Positions 55,758-64,000 of a DNA stretch of 64,000 nucleotides are shown piece after piece; positions within the stretch are counted from its first letter, which is position 1; every line of letters starts with the position of its first letter. The DNA comes from Epithemia pelagica. Taxonomy: Eukaryota; Protista; Bacillariophyta. The notes below the pieces were generated by a model, which ran no database searches, had not been told where the DNA came from, and saw only the letters and a program-made list of their open reading frames with translations. Made by a program: the position numbers and the translations under genes. The stretch covers positions 496,001 to 560,000 of the forward strand of contig OX337236.1 of the NCBI GenBank assembly GCA_946965045.2, read 5' to 3'.

Positions 55758-56654
55758 TTAGTCCATTCCCGGTGGAGTCCAGCTTTTGGCATTCACATTG
55801 AGATTCTTCTTTTCCACGGCTGCCGCCTCCTGTACAGAAGAATCCTGGTCCATGTCAGGTGGAAACGTCTCGGGGTTGGCAACCACATACATGGATGGTT
55901 GTCCATTGTACATGTCACCGGGGTAGTAAGGGTAGCTATAGTACTGCTGATCGCCTCCCGCAAACTCCTCCTGAGGATTTCCCGGAAACCAAGCAGGTGC
56001 CTGAGCGCTAATGGGTGTAGTTACTTGTTCCTGAGACTCTTCCTCCGGCAGGGGAGCTGGAGTGACCACGGGAGCCGCTTTCCACGCCGATCCTGGCAGC
56101 ACCGAGCTAGTCTTGGTCGGTGATTTGTTGGTCGTACTGTTCGTTCCACCCGAAAGGGGAGGAAATGCATTGTGCTCCAAAAAGGCTACAGGTTCCGCGT
56201 TCTTTTGGTCTCGCGGATGAGAATACAGACAGGAGGTTGTACGACAATCGTCTCCATGACGGCATTTGATTTGGGCATATTTGGCGCGGAGGCGATCCGC
56301 TTCTGGCTTGGCAGGGTGACGCTTTTTACAAGTGTTGAAGGTAAAGGCGCAGGTACCGGCCAAAAAGGCCAAACACGGTTCGTTGGTCTTTTTCGCATCG
56401 GGCACATCAATGTCATGCCGATAGATGCAATCTTTCCGTGTACAGCCGGGTCCATAATAACACGGCTGCATCGAGGCGGATTTTTTCTTGTGGGGTGCCA
56501 AGGAAACACCCCTGTCGTTATTGACATAGTTCTTACCTGGAATACAAACAGCGTATCATGGCAATAGTGGTGTCAGAGCGAGTTTACAAGAGAAAAAGAT
56601 GTCAAAGCAATCCACGTCCAGGTTCTTTTCGAAAGACTACTCACCACGAGGCAT
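55758..56654 (-). CDS. Triple CCCH zinc-finger protein with a C-terminal PAM2-like motif; intron at 56644-56537
   Basis: CYYGPGCTRKDCIYRH, CLAFLAGTCAFTFNTCKKRH, CRHGDDCRTTSCLYSH; terminal NLNVNAKSWTP. A 10-nt first exon (ATG CCT CGT G|GTGAGT) joins in frame. Confidence 0.8.
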
Positions 56655-57017
56655 TCTTCTACGGTTGCAGAACTCTCCCGGAAGTGCGAAGGGTGATGGA
56701 ATTGATGGGTCGTTGTCCACACACACGGAAAATGAATGGAATCAACCCCGAAAGAAAAAAGTGTCGGCGATTGTCGCCGACATCCAAATGCCAAATAGAA
56801 TGTGCGGTGGTGGGCAAAATGGGTTCTCGGTCGGCGTATCCAAAATGCTACCATCTCTACCTGTCCAAACTCTTCAGCTTCCATAGCCTATCTAGGTACT
56901 TGAAGCTTTAGCCCTCTAGAACTCCTCTAGTTGTTGTAATGAGAGCAACACTTCCAAGGACACTTATAATACGAGTAGTTTACTTATACGAAATACAATA
57001 GGATATACTCACACTAG

Positions 57018-58078
57018 CTAGTATGTCACAGCATTGCCGCCCTCGCCTTGTTGTTCGTCGTAGTGACGCTCATGTCCCGTAGTCGTGTCGTCGACGTACA
57101 TGTCCACAATGCTCGTGTCGTCTACTTTGGGATTCTCCTCATCAGCGCCGTTGTCATTGTATGGGGAATCATCAATGTATCTCCGACGGTCTCCGGACCA
57201 ACAACACAGCATGGTCGAGATGGACGCCGCTCGCAAAAGGGCATAAATAATGGGAGTGACAATGAAATACACAATGCAGACCAAAACGACGGTCGACTGA
57301 CGAAACACAAGACAAAACCAAATACGGTGAGATTTGTGCACGGCTTTTGGACAACAAGTAAATTCAACCTTGTCCTGCTTACCCCAATATCGTCTTCGTC
57401 CCATGACAAGTCGGCATAAAGGGCGTCGTCGTTTGTGTCGGGGTCATTGTCTTCGGTCGTCGGATTGCCCAAGTCCAAGACAAGTGGTCCATGGATAATG
57501 CTCCATATTATGTAGGCAAGAGTCAGCGCAAGACAGGACCAGAAATGCATCCATCGCAGAGGAATTCGATTGACAAAGAATCCTTCTACCAACAGAACGG
57601 CAAAGACAATGCCATGGGGCGCAATATCGGCATAGGATGCTGAGTCACCATCAAACACCAAGACCCAAAAGAGGATGGAGGCCATGGCTTCACCAAATAT
57701 TGACAAAACGAAGAAGAGCCACGTGAATTTGATGCGAGCTTGGACTACTGGGCCTTCGGGTTGTTGGACTGGGAAGAACGAGTTCAGTACACTGATTGTG
57801 GCGTATACAATGGTGAGACCCAGTGCCACGTTGGTGAAAAATGCCCAAAAGAAGGCAACATCGTCTGTCTTGATCAATGTAAAGACGAGTGTCGATACAT
57901 GGTAGCCAAATGCCAAACATTTCGCCACAATATCAAATGTAGTGCAGGGACAAAAGCTTCTTGGAATGTCCAATACCCTTTGTGTCTCTTCTTCTTCAAC
58001 TTTGAACCAAGGCTGCAATGGCTTGAACTCGTTGAAGCAGGAAGAAACGCAATTTGTTTTCTTTTCGCTGTCGGACAT
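57018..58078 (-). CDS. Rolling-stone-like membrane protein, paralog 4 (dispersed); intron at 57382-57297
   Basis: WAFFTN, ILFWVLV, PHGIVFAVLLVEGFFVNRIPLRWMH, DNDPDTNDDALY. A GTAAGC...TCAG intron joins the exon carrying the GDRRRY tail shared with paralogs 2 and 3 (DRRRY in paralog 1). Confidence 0.78.
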
Positions 58079-59949
58079 GGTGGTGGTAGTAGTAGGGATA
58101 TCAATTCTCTCTCCAAAGATTTGACAAAACCAATTCACACGTTGTTCTGATTTATGATCCAAGTTGTCGATTCGCTCCTCTCCGACAAAGAAGAAGAAGA
58201 TGCCAACGGACACAAGAAAAAAATGAGGCGTCGCATTGGTCGCGGCGGAGGTGAGCGTTTGCTGCTTCCAGACCGGAATACGCGCAGTCAGCGCAGAAAG
58301 CCTTTTTTGCGGGTTCTGTTGTAGATCCCGCCGGTCATTCTTACGACGGAGACACGTAACAAAAAAGTAGCCCGCGGGCTTCCACGTGGAGGCCAAAAAC
58401 TACGTCCCAGACTACTCCTAGAGGAGTATGTAAAATAGAGTTCTCCAACTCATCTCGGATAACTTCCATTGAAACAACAAAAACAACCTGAATGAGTCTA
58501 AACTAAAGAGCATCATGTTGGTGAAGTTTGAGAAACAAAACAATCATGCTCCTAGTCCAGAACCTACCGCGTATCGAGTCCAGCAAATGTGCGGAATCTG
58601 TTGACAAGAAGAGGAGTTTCCTGTGTTGGATATGTGTCTCCAATGATTCGTAACACTGCAAACGTTGATTGTCGTTTTCTTCCAGACGCAAGGTATCTTA
58701 TGAAATCAGTTATTATAGGGGAAGACAACGAGCAAAGCATTATGACTCCCTGGGACATGATTCGGTCGACACACCGTTGGTATAGGAGGCCGAAGAGGTA
58801 GTCATACAGAAAGGGAGATCCCCTTATCTCTTGAAAAAGCATGGGAAGGATACAAACGACAAGTCGCCCTCGTGAGAAAGGGTCGTTTCATTCCAGACGG
58901 ACGGATTAGACTTTCAAGGGTGGAAACTCCGAAAAGTGAATGGAGGACCACCGCGTGGCATCCGACAACCAGCTGTGGGTTTGCTCATACACCGGATACC
59001 ATCTCCATATGCCCTTGAAGCTCTCTATATTTTCTATTGTGAATCGACGGGAAATGGAGCACAGATATCCGCCAACTGTATGAGTCCGAGGCAAAGATAT
59101 GTAGATTGACAAGATCGTCCAAACGATCGAGAACTTCTGACCTGTCAAGTAAGAGAAGACCACAGATATGTTGTACATTGCTGCTGAATGGCGTGATTTC
59201 GCCAACTCGAAGCGATATTCGAAGGACCAAAGGAAGCCCGTCTACCAAAGGCATTTAGCAACCTGACTGTCCTCCTCCCTTGCTTTACTACTAGAGTCAG
59301 TGTCAACAACTGATCATCCTGACAAATCGTGCAAATGAGGCAAGGTGTCAATATTAAATGGACCATGTGTTGTCACGATCGACGGCTCCCTGGTTGGTGG
59401 TTTTCAATCCATCACAAGAAGTGCTTTTTGTGTGACTTTATTCTTCGCAGAGAAAGATTGGAGAGCATCTCTTGTGCTTTTTCGCGACAAATGACCTCCC
59501 AGTACAAAGTTCTGCGGGTGGTTTCCGGTTTCTGTTTGGACATGGCTCCATGACTTACTGAAAGGCGAAGTTTCGATGCACATTAGGGCCCTGGTTGACA
59601 CCAAGACAGCAGCTCTTCAGTTCTCTCAGGTTGCGAGACAGAGAAGTCTCTTCCTGAGAATGAAGCTTCATCCTTATCCAACAATCGTAGTTCCTGGTCG
59701 AACGTTGGTGGTGAACGGCGAAACGGCCCTAGGTGGACCTGAGTGGATGCATTTCAATCGATATCTTCATCATGGCGAAGGCAGACGCAGACCGTATCTT
59801 TTCTCTCCTTATGCCCGGGGGCGATGACTTTGCCCTCTGTGCCCTTTGTTGAAGGGGCATCTTTCGCACCGCCCACTCGCCGGGGCGCACGCGTTCGAAA
59901 TTGTTCCAACTCTTCCACCTCTCACCTCATGCATCACTCTTCCGTGAAA

Positions 59950-61601
59950 ATGGCGGACTCATCCAAACCCTTCTTTGCCGACCAAAAGTGGATTCTGTGG
60001 GCTCTAGCACTCCATTGTCTTTCATTGTGTCAAGCCATGATGCAAATGTCCCTCAAATCCAGTCCTCGCGTTGCCATTATTGGTGGCGGGGCTGCTGGCT
60101 TGGCCTGTGCCCGTGTCTTTTCGCGACGTGGCCGCAACGACGAGGATGATGATTGGTGCGTCACAGTGTTGGAAAAGGACACTCAAGTGGGAGGCGTTTG
60201 GAATTACCGTGAAAGCGATACCAAAACTCGTCCCATGTATCGTGGTTTACGGACCAATCTTCCCAAGGAAATCATGGAATACAGAGAATTTCCGTGGCCC
60301 AAACTCTCTGACGACGAGGACAAAGACCCCAGTTTTGTCACTCACAAGCAAGTGCAAAATTATCTGGTGGAGTACTCGCAAAAGTTTGATATGCAAGTGT
60401 GTCTGCAACATGAGGTGACACAACTTCGAGTTCTCAGTGGAGAAGACCATACTCCCAGCTGCTTTTCACCGTCGGAAGGTGAGACTTGGCCAAAAATCGA
60501 ACTGACAATCGTCGATCACACCAACGCGACCAACGGTGAAGTGGCTCATGAAACACGGCAAGTCTTTGATGCAGTTCTTGTAGCAAATGGACACTTTAAT
60601 GCTCCGAGAACACCAAGAATCCCGGGTGTCGAGGAGTACTTTGTCCAAGGTCAAGGAGGACGAGTCTTTCATTCCATTGAATACGATGATCCGTCAGAGT
60701 TTCGAGACCAGACTGTTCTATGCATTGGAGGTCGTGCGAGTGGCTCTGACATTGCCCGAGAAATAGCAAGGGCAGGAGCGAAACAAGTTTACTTGAGCGA
60801 CTCTTCACGAACAACCGGCGAAGCACGGTATCTGGACAGAATCACGTGGGTACCACGAACCATGCAGGTCTTAGCGAATGGAGCTATCCAGTTTGATCAT
60901 GATTGTCCCGTGCAAGCGGAGGGTGTTGACACAATAATCTTGTGTACGGGTTACGACTACTCTTTTCCATTCATCAATCAACAGTCTGGTTTGGAGTTGG
61001 ATTCTAGGGACCGTCGCGTTCAACCCCTCTACGAACAACTATGGCATGCACGGTATCCTCACATTGCATTTGTTGGACTGCCTCATTCAATCCTACCGTT
61101 CCCTCTGTTTGAGTTTCAGGCGGAGGCATGCTTGAACATGTGGCAAACAGGAACCTTTCCGTCTGTTACAGCGAGACTCCAGGCGGCCGAAGCTGCTAAA
61201 GGAGGAGAAGGTAAAGTAAAGGGACGGATAGAGGACACTCACTATCTGGGACAGGCGCAATGGGACTACTGTACACGAATGGCCAAATACGCTGGACTCT
61301 ATGATGAAGATATGGAGTCCTACTTGGCCGTAAACAAGGTGAGTTTCTGTGAAAAGTGTATTTGTTTCTTATGATTGGACGAGGAAGTTTCTACAAAAGG
61401 GATTGATTCACTGAGACTTTATACTGACGACTGTTCTTCCCGCGGATACAAAAGGAAATGTGGGACTTAACCTCTTCTGAAAGGAAAGGAGAGTTCCCTG
61501 GAGGCCCCGATGACTACCGGTACAGCGTATTTTCCAGGGACCGAAGGTCAAAGTCTTTCAAACTTGTGAGCTCCTTGATACAACCAAGGGTGGATGGTTG
61601 A
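59950..61601 (+). CDS. Flavin-containing monooxygenase (FMO, GS-OX-like); probable intron at 61339-61454
   Basis: FAD motif VAIIGGGAAGL, GGVWNY, MYRGLRTNLPKEIM, FMO signature FHSIEYDDP, NADPH motif IGGRASGSD, CTGYDYSFPF. The start codon and last exon are inferred. Confidence 0.88.
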
Positions 61602-62325
61602 CGAGGCCTTTGGTTGCTGACCCACAACATAGAGAGTATATGATGTCAACTTTGCCCGTATTAGGCCTAATCATGGTGTGTGCGCGCTGTAGTTACTCGT
61701 AACTTCTAGAAAGCTTTCTTGTTTCCCGAGATGAGTACCCATCGCTGAATCACTTGGCCAAAACGAATAATTTTTCGATTGTTGTGGCAAGAATGCCGAC
61801 GGAGCACAGTCGCAGTGCCAGGCAGGAATGGAGATCGCCCGGCGTTCGTATCCGATTATATCCGTTTGGGCTGCCGTGTATGATATATGCCCTGGCGTGA
61901 CATTGCGTGACTCAACTCCCATGTTTCAAGACCAAACTTACCGGATGCTGTCATCACTTTTTCGAAAATCAACGATTTGCACCACGATACGAGATGCAGG
62001 AAACACAAACTCTCGGTAACGATACTTGGCAAGGATATCGTGTATGCGAGCTGTGTGACTGCTAATCGAATGGAGAGTCCAGTCGCGGGATTGATTGGTT
62101 CCAACAAATTAGGCCACATTTTCACGTGTTACAGTGTCCTCTTGCCATGAAACAGAACAGACTCCCGGCCCAATTTGTTCGCCATCGACAAGAGTCCAGT
62201 CAAGAAAGACTGTCAATGCTCAATGCACAGACTTCCTTTCACAAATTCATCAAAGGCTCATAGGTTCTGGCTTCAGCCAACAATACATCAACCGGGAGGA
62301 GAGTGGGAAATCCGGATAGAGGAGT

Positions 62326-63936
62326 ATGATGCAGAAGGAAACAGAGGTACTAGACAAAGGCATCAATCGTCCATCCGATGCACTCATTGGTGACGGAAAC
62401 AAACCAGTTATTTCAAAAGATTCTGGAGACCAAGGGCGAGGACCGGAAGACACAGACTTTTCTCGTGATGGTTCAGCCGACTCGTCGTTAGGGAAGAGAA
62501 AGGCCCGAGACCCTGAGCCTGAATCGCCAGAACGGAACATTCCTCTCGAAGCACAGACAGCAATTTCATTTCACAAGAAAGAGCGCCATTACTACGATGA
62601 CTTGGGGCAGGAATCTCCCTCATCATATCCCACCCACGTGATGGTGCCCGAACATCCCTCCGTAGAACATGAGGGCACTACCGATGACTATCAAGAAAAG
62701 TCTCACCCAAACGCACCAATCTTGACCCCTGACAGTCTGTCTCAACGACGACAAGCAAGCTTTGAGGTGCCAATGTATGCTCGACAGCAACCATATCGAC
62801 ATGAATCCTACCATGCACCCTCTTACACCGACGGTGACTACACACGTACTGCTTCATATAGCGGAAGTACTTCGACCGACCACCCCCGGGGAAGCTCCGT
62901 CGAAGGCCACACTCGGACGCGAAGGTGGGCATGTGACTTTTGCAATGTCGCTACCTTCCTCAGCTACGAGGAAGCATGTGCCCATGAAGAGATTTGTGCT
63001 CGCAAGCATGGAGCGATTGCTCAAAATTCTCGCCAACCGCCCCCGTATCAGGGTTCTGGCAGTGGCTATCACGGGCAACTTCAACACTGTATGCCTGTTG
63101 CTCATCAACAACATGGGAGTGGAATGGGGGCGTTGTATCCAGGCAGTACCCATATTCCTGGCCAGGAGGTTGTCACTCCGCCGACCCCACAGCGTCATTA
63201 TGGGAGCCGATGGGGTTCTCGTGGTCCTCCGTTGCCTGTCCTTCCTCACGAGCACGGATACTATCAAGGGTACTACAACGAACGGGAAGACCCAGCGTAC
63301 TACAATCAATCAGATCCGTATTACTACAACTATGGTTATGGTGCTTCTCAACCGAGTCCACCATCCCAGAATCAAAGTCTACCCTATCAAAAGAGAATGC
63401 TTCTGGCGATGCCTTCGGACAGCGAGTCTCTTTCGGATCGTCAGTGCTACGTTCGGTCCGAAATGTGCGAAATATTCGCTGCCACGGAACAAGATGTGGC
63501 TGCTCGTCATTCCAAGGGAGCTCAGAAACTTGTGGTCGGTCAGGTGGGTATCCGTTGTCTTCACTGTGCTCACTTGCGTCCTCGTGATAGGGCCGAACGG
63601 GCCGTGTGTTACCCCAGCAGTATCAGCCGCATTTATCAAACCGTGGCAGACATGCAGCGTTTCCATTTTGAGCATTGCAAGGAAATTCCAAAACATGTTT
63701 CGAACGTGTACAAGAACTTGAAGACAACGCGTCCCCGTGGTGTTGGGTCTCCACAAACATATTGGATCCAGTCGGCCAAGGCTCTTGGATTGATCGACAC
63801 TGGAAATGGTATTCGTTTCGAGGCCGATGTAGCCAAGGAGGCTCAACAGAGTGCCAGGAATGAACAACTCAAAGCGACCGAAGGAGAGACAGCAGATATG
63901 CCGGCTGATCGAACTGACGGAGACGATGGGCGATAA
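62326..63936 (+). CDS. Uncharacterised diatom-type zinc-finger protein
   Basis: 536-aa ORF with WACDFCNVATFLSYEEACAHEEIC and a C-terminal domain SLSDRQCYVR...GQVGIRCLHC...AVCYPSSI...HFEHC...YWIQSAKALGL; P/Q/Y-rich middle region. Confidence 0.75.
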   Translation: MMQKETEVLDKGINRPSDALIGDGNKPVISKDSGDQGRGPEDTDFSRDGSADSSLGKRKARDPEPESPERNIPLEAQTAISFHKKERHYYDDLGQESPSSYPTHVMVPEHPSVEHEGTTDDYQEKSHPNAPILTPDSLSQRRQASFEVPMYARQQPYRHESYHAPSYTDGDYTRTASYSGSTSTDHPRGSSVEGHTRTRRWACDFCNVATFLSYEEACAHEEICARKHGAIAQNSRQPPPYQGSGSGYHGQLQHCMPVAHQQHGSGMGALYPGSTHIPGQEVVTPPTPQRHYGSRWGSRGPPLPVLPHEHGYYQGYYNEREDPAYYNQSDPYYYNYGYGASQPSPPSQNQSLPYQKRMLLAMPSDSESLSDRQCYVRSEMCEIFAATEQDVAARHSKGAQKLVVGQVGIRCLHCAHLRPRDRAERAVCYPSSISRIYQTVADMQRFHFEHCKEIPKHVSNVYKNLKTTRPRGVGSPQTYWIQSAKALGLIDTGNGIRFEADVAKEAQQSARNEQLKATEGETADMPADRTDGDDGR

Positions 63937-64000
63937 AAATCATTCTCACGAAGATGAACAATTACAATAACGGGAAATGCGTAGAACAGGGAGTACATTA

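Noticed and set aside
58500-59700. Several 70-100 aa ORFs between Rost-like paralog 4 and the FMO
   Set aside because: They do not join into one frame and carry no recognisable motif. A decayed gene cannot be excluded without a homology search.
1-64000. tRNA, rRNA and snRNA genes
   Set aside because: No cloverleaf or conserved rRNA/snRNA motif was recognised by eye. tRNAscan-SE or Infernal would be needed to exclude them.

Overview
Eukaryotic genomic DNA, most likely from a pennate diatom. This is inferred from spliceosomal GT-AG introns, bipartite ASAFAP-type plastid presequences and CoDi-type Ty1/copia elements. I found no rRNA, tRNA or CRISPR array. Bases 1-8.9 kb are a nest of transposons on the minus strand. 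Two different copia lineages are fused in frame at about 1830. A 922-bp non-autonomous hAT element (16-bp TIRs, 8-bp TSD) sits at the gag/pol junction of one of them. Removing the hAT reconstructs a -1 frameshift signal (G_GAU_UUU plus a hairpin or pseudoknot). Next comes a Crinkler/RHS-type P-loop NTPase plus restriction-endonuclease-fold gene (9537-12095) with a possible organelle presequence. It is bracketed by a 46-nt element that also occurs in the retrotransposon 5' end. From 13.5 kb onward the DNA is gene-dense host sequence: mTERF, DUF4239-like, GRDP, three tandem plus one dispersed Rolling-stone-like membrane proteins, lipoate ligase and a truncated duplicate, class II photolyase, CYP38/TLP40, a syntaxin-like protein lacking a TM anchor, fused plastid PDH E1, UTP10, a PLU-1/PHD protein, OXA1, a GDT1-family transporter, a CCCH-PAM2 protein, an FMO and a diatom-type zinc-finger protein. 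All family assignments are by motif recognition; no database search was run.
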